IMG/VR virus record: IMGVR_UViG_2541047691_000017
Length of the DNA stretch: 40,851 bases
DNA from: a virus
Lineage: Duplodnaviria; Heunggongvirae; Uroviricota; Caudoviricetes
Strand: one strand, 5' to 3'
The stretch's first letter is position 1; every line of letters starts with the position of its first letter. The notes beneath the pieces were generated by a model. It worked only from the letters and a program-made list of their open reading frames with translations. It ran no database searches and was not told the DNA's origin. Below, piece by piece: positions 27,042-35,141 of this stretch. The translations under genes were made by a program, and so were the position numbers.

Positions 27042-28517
27042 TTAAGCATAGGGATCGTAATCTGTAATGGCCTTGCCTTGCTGGTTCTGCTGCCCGGGAA
27101 TTCGCAGGCGCTTTGACACCGGGAACGCAAACGTCAGCAGTAGCGCATCGCCTTTACCAGGAGAACGCCCAAGCCGCTCCTTGATATCTTCCTTCGGTTC
27201 GATAACGATTTTACCGTCCACTCGAACTTTGTACTCTGCCGCCGACAGGTCGTCCGCTGTTTCCTGGTCATCAAGCATGCCGCCCAGCCTCAGCCATGTC
27301 TTGCATGAGTTGAACATCTCCCCACGCTTGTTGAGCATCTGCTGGTCAGTAGACGCGCCACCGAACGGAACAAGTTGCCATGTACGACCCCAGCCGTCAC
27401 CGATTGACTTCAAACCGGTTCCGTAACCGAAGTCGATGAACACCGCGTCAGCCTGATACTGGTCTTCAAAGTCAGCGATACGCTTCGCCATAATCAGATC
27501 GTCGGTAGTCTTGTTGCCAGTCCACAGCACCTTACTGTGTAGCCCCTGCCGCAGGTATATCACAGCGTCATCAACGCCGGAGTATGCCGGGTCAACGCCG
27601 ATTATCACCGGAGCATGTGCCACCTGCGCAGCAGTTACCACCCGTTTCATTGCCTCGTCAGTAAGACCGGTAGGGATAAACTGCAATTCAGATGCATCAG
27701 GGAATATGCCACGCACACGGATTTTAACGAAGTCGCTATCTTCCCCGTAGTCATCAACCCATTTCTGCAACTGCTGTTTGTTGGTGCCTTCCACCGTCCT
27801 GCTGTCAATCTGCGCAGTTTTCCAGCGGTGTTTGTATTTGCGGAAACATTCACGGAAACGCCCGGTGTTACGTGTAGGGTTTCCGAAAGCCACCCAGATA
27901 ATCTCAGTGTCTTCGTCCGTTAGCGCACCCTCGGCAACTTCCCACACCAGATCCGCAATGTTCGACGCTTCATCAAATACCACGATGATGCGTTTACGCT
28001 CGTTGTGTAGTCCGGCGAATGCCTCAGTGTTGTGCTCAGACCAGGGGATTGCGTCAGCTCGCCACCGCTTGTCGTGCCCAGGGTCATTGCTGTACATCGC
28101 GGTAGCGGTACAGGTAAACCAGTCTTTCGTGATAGCAAGGTTTGACCACTTGATAATTTCCGGCCAGGTCTTCGTTCGTAGCTGGTTGTCGGTGTTGGCG
28201 GTCACCACGACCTTACAATCCTCGCAAGTGGACATGCCCCAGTTGATCAGCATTGAGATGAATGCGGATTTACCAATACCGTGACCAGAAGCACGTGCCA
28301 GCATAAGCGGCTGATATCGCGTCTCTGGATTCTGCAGGTGATCACGTATCTCTCGGAACGCATCGGCCTGCCACTGACGTGGACCGGTGGCATGTGCCAG
28401 TTCAGTACCCTCTTCCCCCCACGGGAACGCATAGAGGGCATAGCCAAGCGGATCGTGAGTGAACCCTGCAATATCCTCGATTAACTGCTCTTCAGGAGAT
28501 AACGCTGTATCTGTCAC
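27042..28517 (-). CDS. Terminase large subunit
   Basis: 491 aa; Walker A-like motif (ARASGHGIGKS) in the N-terminal ATPase region; overlaps the small-subunit gene. Confidence 0.85.
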   Translation of the reverse strand: MTDTALSPEEQLIEDIAGFTHDPLGYALYAFPWGEEGTELAHATGPRQWQADAFREIRDHLQNPETRYQPLMLARASGHGIGKSAFISMLINWGMSTCEDCKVVVTANTDNQLRTKTWPEIIKWSNLAITKDWFTCTATAMYSNDPGHDKRWRADAIPWSEHNTEAFAGLHNERKRIIVVFDEASNIADLVWEVAEGALTDEDTEIIWVAFGNPTRNTGRFRECFRKYKHRWKTAQIDSRTVEGTNKQQLQKWVDDYGEDSDFVKIRVRGIFPDASELQFIPTGLTDEAMKRVVTAAQVAHAPVIIGVDPAYSGVDDAVIYLRQGLHSKVLWTGNKTTDDLIMAKRIADFEDQYQADAVFIDFGYGTGLKSIGDGWGRTWQLVPFGGASTDQQMLNKRGEMFNSCKTWLRLGGMLDDQETADDLSAAEYKVRVDGKIVIEPKEDIKERLGRSPGKGDALLLTFAFPVSKRLRIPGQQNQQGKAITDYDPYA

Positions 28518-29110
28518 TGATTGCCATCCTGACGTTCTTTCAGTCTCTTCCTGGCTGCCGCTATGCGATCAGCAATTGTCACATTCACATTAACATCCAG
28601 GCGTTCTTTGAATGCGTTGACGTCGACGTGCTTACCAATCAGTTCGAGGTTCTTCACCTTGTCAGGCCATTTAATTTTTTTGAGGATTGTCTCTATCGAA
28701 TCCTCGTTCATGTTCATGATGGTCGATGACAGATCAAAGCCGCTAAGCGTAGTGCGCCAGATTTTCGGCCACTCTCGGATTGGCTTAAGGCTACCATCGT
28801 CGTTGAGGATGTCGATCACGTCCATCTGGTCGATCTCCACCAAGCGCATGAGAACGTAATCAGCACTGACGCGCATTCGTTTGTTGCGCTCCTCCATCAA
28901 CTCGGCAATCCGTTTTTGAATGCGTTCATCGCGCATCATGACACTGGCTTTAACTGCCGCTGTATTTGGGGAGAATCCTGCGTTAATCGCTGCCTGAGTC
29001 TGGTTTTCAGGCGTTTTGATGTATGACTGGCAATAAGCCTCCTGCATTGCTGTTAGTGGCTTAAATTGCGTTGATTTGCGTTTATAGGCTTTAGGTTCAG
29101 CAGGCATCAT
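28514..29110 (-). CDS. Terminase small subunit
   Basis: Immediately upstream of and overlapping the large subunit; start set at the MMPAEPK methionine (29108-29110), could extend to 29188; basic N-terminal region. Confidence 0.6.
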   Translation of the reverse strand: MMPAEPKAYKRKSTQFKPLTAMQEAYCQSYIKTPENQTQAAINAGFSPNTAAVKASVMMRDERIQKRIAELMEERNKRMRVSADYVLMRLVEIDQMDVIDILNDDGSLKPIREWPKIWRTTLSGFDLSSTIMNMNEDSIETILKKIKWPDKVKNLELIGKHVDVNAFKERLDVNVNVTIADRIAAARKRLKERQDGNQ

Positions 29111-29220
29111 AACCACCGTGGTAATAGTTACCGTTGTGGTAATAGTACCATGCAAAATAAAGCCGCCATAGTTGGCGGCAGTATTCAAACCCCATCAAAT
29201 TCATCATGCATAATCTACTC

Positions 29221-29232
29221 GTGACATGTCAC
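29221..29232. repeat. Palindrome GTGACATGTCAC, copy 3 of 3 (14-mer CGTGACATGTCACA)
   Basis: Perfect palindrome; its TCA (29229-29231) is the stop codon of the 29229..29570 gene. Confidence 0.7.
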
Positions 29233-29570
29233 ACTATTAATTTCGTTTCATGCCAGCCTTTAGTCACCCAGCATTGCGAGTCACCATCACACGGGCATGA
29301 ATTCACAGGAACTCTCTCGCCGCACTTACCGCAACGTTTTCTGCTGATCGATTTTATACGCCCGTGCACGCGTGCATCATCCTGGCGGATCAGTAACGCT
29401 ATATACTCACCAAATTCGTAAGGCGCACGCCCGGGGCGACGCGTGGCACAGTTACGCTCCAGCATTTCAATTTCCTGAGCATCAAGCACAATTTCCAGCT
29501 TACGCACACCAGATGCAGCTTGTCTGGCTCTCTGAGCGGCTTTGCGCTCTGCTGCTGATTTAGCCATCAA
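29229..29570 (-). CDS. Small basic protein with Cys-rich C-terminus (possible zinc-binding regulator)
   Basis: 113 aa; N-terminus Lys/Arg/Ala-rich; C-terminal C-x2-C-x9-C-x-C arrangement (RCGKCGERVPVNSCPCDGDSQCW); last gene before the terminase genes. Confidence 0.45.
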   Translation of the reverse strand: MMAKSAAERKAAQRARQAASGVRKLEIVLDAQEIEMLERNCATRRPGRAPYEFGEYIALLIRQDDARVHGRIKSISRKRCGKCGERVPVNSCPCDGDSQCWVTKGWHETKLIV

Positions 29571-29841
29571 TATTCACCTTTATAGCGAACACCTTTACCG
29601 GTTTATCGCCGAAGTGCGGATGTGTGATTGTCTTGATTTCATATCCGTCATACGGGACGTCAATTCTGCGGCTGGAATCGTCGCGCTTCGGATATCCCTT
29701 TGTGATAATCAGGCGGTCATACTCGCGGAACATAATTCGCTTATTCCAGTAGTCATTACACAGGCGATACTCTTCCGTTTTCTCTCCGCGAATCATGGCA
29801 TCGAAGTATTCACCTTTAACGGCAAGTTGCAGGTTAGCCAC
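29560..29841 (-). CDS. Hypothetical protein (possibly ASCH/PUA-like)
   Basis: 93 aa ORF with overlapping start/stop to neighbours; family guess is weak. Confidence 0.35.
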   Translation of the reverse strand: MANLQLAVKGEYFDAMIRGEKTEEYRLCNDYWNKRIMFREYDRLIITKGYPKRDDSSRRIDVPYDGYEIKTITHPHFGDKPVKVFAIKVNIDG

Positions 29842-30121
29842 GACCTTCCTCCTTTGGCTTGTGAATTTGTATCGTCATGCCGCTTTGAGTGGTGACTACA
29901 ACGACAGAACCAGGCTGAAGACTGTTAAGATTGAATGCTTCGTAAAACGAAGCCAAGGCCAGCGCTTTTTTATTCTTTCGGTTCCACCAACGCCATCCAT
30001 TGCTACAGGCTACACTGACAATCCACTGTCCACTCCTGTAAGCCATATAAAACCAGATGAGCAAAACCTGAATGAATGCTATCCAGTCAATAATCGTATA
30101 TTTCGCGAAGGAGACCATCAA
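29834..30121 (-). CDS. Hypothetical small protein with hydrophobic N-terminus
   Basis: 95 aa; coupled to neighbours in the gene block between replication and terminase genes. Confidence 0.35.
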   Translation of the reverse strand: MMVSFAKYTIIDWIAFIQVLLIWFYMAYRSGQWIVSVACSNGWRWWNRKNKKALALASFYEAFNLNSLQPGSVVVVTTQSGMTIQIHKPKEEGRG

Positions 30122-30690
30122 TTAACCTCCTGCGGCGGTTCCGGTAGAGGCATCCAGTACAAGGCGTTCCCTAACCACGATAAAGTGCCGTCGCTCAACT
30201 CCACGTATTCCCCTTGTACCTGTCCTGCCATATACTCGCCGTGCTTTGAATAAATTAAAATCCAATCATCTTGAGCGGGCATTCGCTCACTACAGCTTAT
30301 CCAACCATCCGGAGTTACCGGATAGTTGCCCGACAGCTCGTTCAACTTGTAAGTTTGGCTTACAGGTTCGGCTTCCAGTTCTGCAATGCGCTTCTCTGCA
30401 GCTTCCAGCTCAACGCGCAGCTTCCCTACCGTTAGCGCAATTTCCTCGTTCTCCTGGTCGCGGCGTTTGATGTATTGCTGGTTTCTTTCCCGTTCATCCA
30501 GCAGCGCCAGCACGGTTTCTGGTCCGGTCAGAAATTTGAAGGCGTTGAGCGCATCAATATCCACACCGTAATCCTTAAGTTCCTGTTCACTTAACAAATC
30601 ATCATCAACTGGCAACATTAACAGGCGTTCCATTGCCGGAATTGCACGTTCTGCCGCCTCACGCAGTGCCTGATAGTTAATTTTGGTCAT
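30118..30690 (-). CDS. Phage protein with C-terminal DUF551-like domain
   Basis: 190 aa; C-terminal motif W...YWMPLPEPP is typical of the DUF551 family (from memory); coiled-coil central part. Confidence 0.5.
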   Translation of the reverse strand: MTKINYQALREAAERAIPAMERLLMLPVDDDLLSEQELKDYGVDIDALNAFKFLTGPETVLALLDERERNQQYIKRRDQENEEIALTVGKLRVELEAAEKRIAELEAEPVSQTYKLNELSGNYPVTPDGWISCSERMPAQDDWILIYSKHGEYMAGQVQGEYVELSDGTLSWLGNALYWMPLPEPPQEVN

Positions 30691-30691
30691 A

Positions 30692-30991
30692 TCACATCCC
30701 CCTGAAGCCGTTGCATTTACGTAAAAAATCGCAGATATAGCCCTTCATTTTTTCGTGCCAATCTCGATCATTCCCATTGCACCAACCATCAGGTGGAGTC
30801 CAGTTTTCTATCAGAGCAGCCATTTTCTTTGCTTTCGCCGGAGTAGCTGTTGCGGTATCGCAGTAATGACGAGTGTCAACCAACGTATCCATACCATCGA
30901 TATCAAGTACGCAAAACCATGTGTGATTCGGCATTTCAACAGATGGTATTTGTTGCCCACGTCGACGTTTATCAATAAGACATACAGTCAC
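30692..30991 (-). CDS. Hypothetical protein
   Basis: 99 aa ORF, Cys/Trp-containing; 1-nt gap to the next gene. Confidence 0.35.
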   Translation of the reverse strand: MTVCLIDKRRRGQQIPSVEMPNHTWFCVLDIDGMDTLVDTRHYCDTATATPAKAKKMAALIENWTPPDGWCNGNDRDWHEKMKGYICDFLRKCNGFRGM

Positions 30992-31590
30992 TGGTTGCCT
31001 CCTTTGCGAAGCTGGGCAGCAAAGTCAACTAACCACTCAGTCATTTCAACCTTCCCTACCAGGTCTGAACCAGGGTGCATACAGCAATCACTCTGCGCCG
31101 CTTTGAAATCCTTATACTCATATTCTTGGGCCACCAGATTTTTTGCAGCTTCTATAGCAGCATCCACCCCCTGCGCCCGAATTTCAGCCAGGAAAGCATC
31201 GGTGGCTGGCATATTTCCTGTTGCCTTCATGGCCTCCAAAATAACCAGAACGCCATCTCGCCCAACCACCTCAGCGATAACCTCGGTGTTGTCGCCAACA
31301 ACATCGCAGAATGCCTGAACTGCCTTACGAGCCAGCTCATTCTCCGCCGCCAGCACCGAAAACTTCTCGTGCGCCAACTTAACAGCCGAATCAGCCTGCT
31401 TAATTGACTCAGTCGCTCTCTGGTGGTCTTCGGCCAGCGCATTAGCACGCACCAGTTGCACTTCCAGTTGCGTTGCCAAATCGCTGATCAGCTTTGCCAC
31501 ACTGCGCATATCAACGGCACCACATTCTGCTTTCAGTTCCGAAGCCATCTCATGCCCGGCGGAAACTAACCCTTTGATATTACTTTCCAT
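30988..31590 (-). CDS. Hypothetical coiled-coil protein (Ea22-like position)
   Basis: 200 aa, helical/acidic; overlapping stop/start with downstream gene. Confidence 0.4.
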   Translation of the reverse strand: MESNIKGLVSAGHEMASELKAECGAVDMRSVAKLISDLATQLEVQLVRANALAEDHQRATESIKQADSAVKLAHEKFSVLAAENELARKAVQAFCDVVGDNTEVIAEVVGRDGVLVILEAMKATGNMPATDAFLAEIRAQGVDAAIEAAKNLVAQEYEYKDFKAAQSDCCMHPGSDLVGKVEMTEWLVDFAAQLRKGGNQ

Positions 31591-31651
31591 CTTTACCCTC
31601 GCTTATCCACATAACTTATTGATTACATTGATAACTAAAAAGATCGTCGAT

Positions 31652-31999
31652 TCAGAACTCTTCGATGTTCCAGCCACCACCAGCTTTCTTTGGTTTAACC
31701 GTTACCCCGATGATTCGGAACGGATACTGATCTGCGGCGACTTTGGTTTTCACCCTGGCGTCGTCGGTCCAGAATCCCCCTTTCACTTCGTGCAGTTCCA
31801 TCTCTCCGGTGGCGAGCATCACAGCGAAATCTGGCGTATAGAACGTGTTGTCAGCTAACCGCAGCTTGATACCCTCAAATCGATACCAGACGATTTCTCC
31901 TGCACGTTTACGCATCTCAAGGTGCTGACAATACGCAGATTCTGTTTTGTTCATCTGGCCTGTTTTGAGTCGACCAAGAGCCTGTATCTGTTTTCTCAT
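31652..31999 (-). CDS. Putative small nuclease-fold protein (DUF1064/VRR-NUC-like)
   Basis: 115 aa; motif TPDF...ELHEVKG reminiscent of small PD-(D/E)XK phage proteins; operator-like palindrome immediately upstream. Confidence 0.4.
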   Translation of the reverse strand: MRKQIQALGRLKTGQMNKTESAYCQHLEMRKRAGEIVWYRFEGIKLRLADNTFYTPDFAVMLATGEMELHEVKGGFWTDDARVKTKVAADQYPFRIIGVTVKPKKAGGGWNIEEF

Positions 32000-32002
32000 G
32001 AT

Positions 32003-32017
32003 TTACCCCTGAGGTAA
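32003..32017. promoter_or_regulatory. Operator-like palindrome TTACC-CCTGA-GGTAA
   Basis: Exact TTACC-N5-GGTAA, 4 nt upstream of the start codon of the 31652..31999 gene. Confidence 0.5.
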
Positions 32018-32064
32018 TTAAAAACCACATAAGACAAGAAATCAATAGATTTTAGAATATTTTA

Positions 32065-32079
32065 TTACCTCATAGGTAA
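32065..32079. promoter_or_regulatory. Operator-like palindrome TTACC-TCATA-GGTAA
   Basis: Exact TTACC-N5-GGTAA in the intergenic region downstream of the P-like gene. Confidence 0.5.
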
Positions 32080-32116
32080 TTATTGAGACATAAAAAAATG
32101 CGCTATCGCGCTGGTA

Positions 32117-32917
32117 TTACTTGATAAATCCTGCCGCCTTTCCCCGCCTGTATTCCTCCATCAGCCACTGCGCCGGTGTTATTCCCCCCAGGGTGGCGGC
32201 GTTAGGCATGCACCCGAAACTTCGCCCTGGCGGGTGGTAAACGTCTCTCCCTGTGTCCGGAGGTGTACTCATGGGCTCTGGCTTTGCCTGTATGCTGATC
32301 ACCGGATCGGGTATCTGCTGTCCGGAAGCCACCTTTTTCGCCCAATCATCGAGCAGCCTGCGCGCGTGTTTCTCAACCTCAATCTCGCTAAGCTGGCGCT
32401 GATACATTGCACGGCGGGTATCACATACGACCCAGTACATAACCGGATGCCGCCACGGGAATCTTTCGGGACCACCAGGATATAAACTTTTTTCCTTGCT
32501 GTACCGGTGAAACTCCGCCATCACATCGTCAATGGTGACGCCAAGAACCATCTTGCTGTCTTTACACCACTTGATAAATTGCCCTGGCGACGGCCAGAAC
32601 GGAGATTCGCTGGCGCGGGCGTGGCGCATACCAGCAGAAACCTGTTCACGGGTTCGGATCCCACCTTCGGCAAACGCAGCAATCCACTGCTGTTTTGCAG
32701 CAACTTCCTGCTCTGGCGTCTTCAGGTTGGTTACCACTGCCGCCGGAAACAGTTGTTTCAGCTGTTTGAAAAGGGCATCAACAAGCCTCTCTGCTGACAT
32801 GTTCACCACGTTGTCATTGTTGGTGTACTGATGCTCATAACCTGACATGCGAGAAAGGGCTTCTCCGTCACGGTTTTGTATCGCGGTAAAAACGTTGTTC
32901 ACAAGAAATCCTCCCAT
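32117..32917 (-). CDS. Replication protein, lambda P-like (DnaB helicase loader)
   Basis: 266 aa; central region (LFPAAVVTN...QQWIAAFAEGGIRTREQVSAGMRHARASESPFWPSPGQFIKWCK) aligns by eye with recalled lambda P (FPASLANR...RQWVLAFRENGITTMEQVNAGMRVARRQNRPFLPSPGQFVAWCR). Confidence 0.8.
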   Translation of the reverse strand: MGGFLVNNVFTAIQNRDGEALSRMSGYEHQYTNNDNVVNMSAERLVDALFKQLKQLFPAAVVTNLKTPEQEVAAKQQWIAAFAEGGIRTREQVSAGMRHARASESPFWPSPGQFIKWCKDSKMVLGVTIDDVMAEFHRYSKEKSLYPGGPERFPWRHPVMYWVVCDTRRAMYQRQLSEIEVEKHARRLLDDWAKKVASGQQIPDPVISIQAKPEPMSTPPDTGRDVYHPPGRSFGCMPNAATLGGITPAQWLMEEYRRGKAAGFIK

Positions 32918-33714
32918 GCTTCAGGGCTGTTCCAGTGCGGAACGTTGTTATCAGGTAATGTTGATTGCTTCTGTCTGCTAATCTGCAGCCGCCTTGCCAG
33001 CTTCTGCTCCCACTGTGCCTGATGGTATGCCTTACCCTCAGCCATCCAGTAAATTCTGAACTCTGCAAGTTCCTGTGCCGTTGGCAGACTGTCCAGGTAG
33101 ATCCCCTGCAATGAGCTTTTCCGAAGAAAGTCATCTGATGGCTGCCATTGTTCATGCATGACAAATTTGCCTAATTGCCCTGGCCCACCAGGAGGAACAA
33201 AGTTATTCATCACGGCGTTGTTTGCGCCGGGGTCATGAGGCACAGAATCCCCGGTTTTTGTCCTGCTCTCCCTCTCTTGGTTAAATGACTGGTTATATGA
33301 CTGGTTCTGGATCCCGTTTTTGGGATCATTCAACATCCCGTTTTTGGGATCATTCAACATCCCGTTTTTGGGTATATTCCCGCTTTCGGTAACATTACCG
33401 TTTTCGGGTTCATTGCCCCCCTCCCGGTTGCCTTTAATGTTCCCGTTTTTGGTTATATTAAGAGAGAAAACCCGCACTCTTTTTGTCGCTCCCTTTCTCT
33501 CTCCGGTATCTGAAATAAGCCCCATTTTCATGAGCGATATAAGCCCGGCCTGCACGGTTTTTTTATTCAGGCAAGTGTCTTTAACGAGGCGTTCTATGCT
33601 GGGGTAGCATAGGTTATATTCATCGGCTCTGTCAGCCATCGAGAGCAGTATGAGCTTTAATGACGAGCTACCTGGATCTGTCTCCCAGGCCCAATCTGTT
33701 GCATGTCTGCTCAT
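32899..33714 (-). CDS. Replication initiator, lambda O-like, with internal iteron-encoded peptide repeats
   Basis: 271 aa; N-terminal HTH-type domain; central PKNGMLND repeats encoded by the DNA iterons; immediately upstream of the P-like gene. Confidence 0.7.
   Translation of the reverse strand: MSRHATDWAWETDPGSSSLKLILLSMADRADEYNLCYPSIERLVKDTCLNKKTVQAGLISLMKMGLISDTGERKGATKRVRVFSLNITKNGNIKGNREGGNEPENGNVTESGNIPKNGMLNDPKNGMLNDPKNGIQNQSYNQSFNQERESRTKTGDSVPHDPGANNAVMNNFVPPGGPGQLGKFVMHEQWQPSDDFLRKSSLQGIYLDSLPTAQELAEFRIYWMAEGKAYHQAQWEQKLARRLQISRQKQSTLPDNNVPHWNSPEAWEDFL
33312..33459. repeat. Iterons (putative origin of replication) inside the O-like gene
   Basis: Two perfect 24-bp tandem copies TCCCGTTTTTGGGATCATTCAACA (33312-33359) followed by four or more degenerate units with core CCGTTTT(T/C)GG. 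Confidence 0.7.
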
Positions 33715-33729
33715 GATTAATCTCCGCTA

Positions 33730-33930
33730 TCAGCTTGAATGTTGTGGGGAGGAATTAATCATGATCTGCTTAATCTCTGCCCTGATACGACGGTTTGATT
33801 CCATGGTGCACTCAACACAGTGTCCGTTGTAAACCCAACGTTCACTGTCATGTCCGTGCTTACATGGTTTTCCGGTGTAGTAGCGTTTAAGTCCGCGCTT
33901 TGCGGCATCAATACGTGTAATGATTTCCAT
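33730..33930 (-). CDS. Small Cys/His-containing protein (cII-position gene, function unknown)
   Basis: Start at ATG 33928-33930 (MEIITRIDAAKRG...); contains C-x-H-G-H...C-x-x-C; between the Cro-like and O-like genes. Confidence 0.4.
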   Translation of the reverse strand: MEIITRIDAAKRGLKRYYTGKPCKHGHDSERWVYNGHCVECTMESNRRIRAEIKQIMINSSPQHSS

Positions 33931-34010
33931 GGTAAGCCCTGTTATTAGTATTGGGATTACGGTCATTTTGTGCTGACACAAAAAAAAGATCAACCAGATT
34001 TGGTTTTTTA

Positions 34011-34025
34011 TTACCTTTGAGGTGC
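34011..34025. promoter_or_regulatory. Degenerate operator-like site TTACC-TTTGA-GGTGC
   Basis: Left half exact, right half 3 of 5; in the intergenic region downstream of the Cro-like gene. Confidence 0.35.
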
Positions 34026-34036
34026 GAATAGATATG

Positions 34037-34058
34037 AAAAGACCGCCGGGTGGCGGTC
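34037..34058 (-). terminator. Intrinsic terminator downstream of the Cro-like gene (tR1-like position)
   Basis: Perfect stem GACCGCC/GGCGGTC with 4-nt loop; on the minus strand it is followed by TTTT. Confidence 0.6.
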
Positions 34059-34080
34059 TACAGAGGGTTGTGGCTGGATA

Positions 34081-34311
34081 TCATGAGTAGAAGAAGTATG
34101 CCAGTTCTGCTTTTGAGCGCAGCCATTGTCTTGTTTTACAGGCTTTAAAAAGCCCATTCATCAATACTTTACCTGGCATTTTGCGCTTACCTGTTAAGTG
34201 AGTCTGGATATAGTGACTCGTCGTTCCGGCTTCCTGTGCGAAGGCTTCACGCTCATCCGGAGTAAGTGCAAGCCAGTGCTTTTTGAAATCGAAATGTCCG
34301 TTATCGCTCAT
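34081..34311 (-). CDS. Cro-like HTH regulator
   Basis: 76 aa; HTH-like segment (REAFAQEAGTTSHYIQTHLTGKRKMP); divergent from the repressor gene across an operator-containing intergenic region; followed by terminator and replication genes. Confidence 0.6.
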   Translation of the reverse strand: MSDNGHFDFKKHWLALTPDEREAFAQEAGTTSHYIQTHLTGKRKMPGKVLMNGLFKACKTRQWLRSKAELAYFFYS

Positions 34312-34347
34312 AGCTATTGCCTGATATTTATTTCAGATAATAAATAT

Positions 34348-34362
34348 TCACCCATAAGGTAA
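34348..34362. promoter_or_regulatory. Operator site 1 in repressor/cro intergenic region (TCACC-CATAA-GGTAA)
   Basis: 9 of 10 match to TTACC-N5-GGTAA; forms a larger inverted repeat with the 34379 site (CACCCATAAGGTAAC ... GTTACCTATGGGGTG). Confidence 0.55.
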
Positions 34363-34378
34363 CAAAAATCAAGGATAG

Positions 34379-34393
34379 TTACCTATGGGGTGC
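34379..34393. promoter_or_regulatory. Operator site 2 (TTACC-TATGG-GGTGC)
   Basis: Left half exact, right half degenerate; mirror partner of the 34348 site. Confidence 0.5.
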
Positions 34394-34395
34394 AT

Positions 34396-34410
34396 TTACC
34401 TGTTGGGTAA
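34396..34410. promoter_or_regulatory. Operator site 3 (TTACC-TGTTG-GGTAA)
   Basis: Exact TTACC-N5-GGTAA, 56 nt upstream of the repressor start codon. Confidence 0.6.
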
Positions 34411-34465
34411 TATTGCTTTAAATTGAATCATCTACTGATTCATATACGAGGCGATTTTCCAGAAA

Positions 34466-35050
34466 ATGAAAAGTATCCAGGACGTCCGCAGGCAAAATCT
34501 CAACGACTTGATCGACCGTGAATTCAATGGTGTTCAGACGCGGATGGCAGAAAAACTTGGAACTCAGGCAAATCTGGTAAACCGCTGGGCTCTTGGCAAG
34601 AAGGTTATCGGCGACCAGGTTGCGCGAAAAATTGAAGCTGCCGCCAATAAACCCCGTAACTGGCTTGATATCGATCGCTCGCTTTCTCAGGAAGGTTTTC
34701 AGCCTGTCGGCCCAAGCGACATTGGCCAGCTGGCGGCTCACAACCTGGAACGCTGGATGAGCGAAAGCCGCGACCTTTCAACACAGGGAAAACTTCACCG
34801 CGCATCCGGCGTCGCCCAGGTGACAATCAGCCGCCTGTTAAACAATGAGGTCAGCGTTTCCATTTCCACCCTGGAGAATGTTGCATCCGCATTCGGGCGT
34901 CACGGCTATGAATTACTGATTCACCCGCACGACCCTGCGACCATCAACTATGACCGCTCGCGCTACGCATTGTTACCCGAAACCGAGAAAGCAAAGATCG
35001 AAAGTTACATTGAATTTGTCATCAACCAGAACGAAAAAAACAAACAATAA
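34466..35050 (+). CDS. Prophage repressor candidate: tandem-HTH (two XRE-type HTH domains) protein without an autocleavage domain
   Basis: 194 aa; HTH-like segments TRMAEKLGTQANLVNRWALGKK and ASGVAQVTISRLLNNEVSVSISTL; no Ala-Gly / Ser-Lys peptidase S24 module seen; divergent from Cro-like gene. Confidence 0.6.
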   Translation: MKSIQDVRRQNLNDLIDREFNGVQTRMAEKLGTQANLVNRWALGKKVIGDQVARKIEAAANKPRNWLDIDRSLSQEGFQPVGPSDIGQLAAHNLERWMSESRDLSTQGKLHRASGVAQVTISRLLNNEVSVSISTLENVASAFGRHGYELLIHPHDPATINYDRSRYALLPETEKAKIESYIEFVINQNEKNKQ

Positions 35051-35107
35051 AATCATATTTTTCAGTAAGTAAGCCGCCTTCTGGCGGCTTTTTTATTGCC
35101 TATACTA

Positions 35108-35122
35108 TTACCTAATGGGTAA
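35108..35122. promoter_or_regulatory. Operator-like palindrome TTACC-TAATG-GGTAA (OL-like)
   Basis: Exact TTACC-N5-GGTAA upstream of the early-operon promoter. Confidence 0.55.
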
Positions 35123-35141
35123 TTTTTTTAACTCATATCTA

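Noticed and set aside
33312-33459. Possible CRISPR array
   Set aside because: Repeats are contiguous with no unique spacers, lie inside a coding gene and encode peptide repeats; they are replication iterons.
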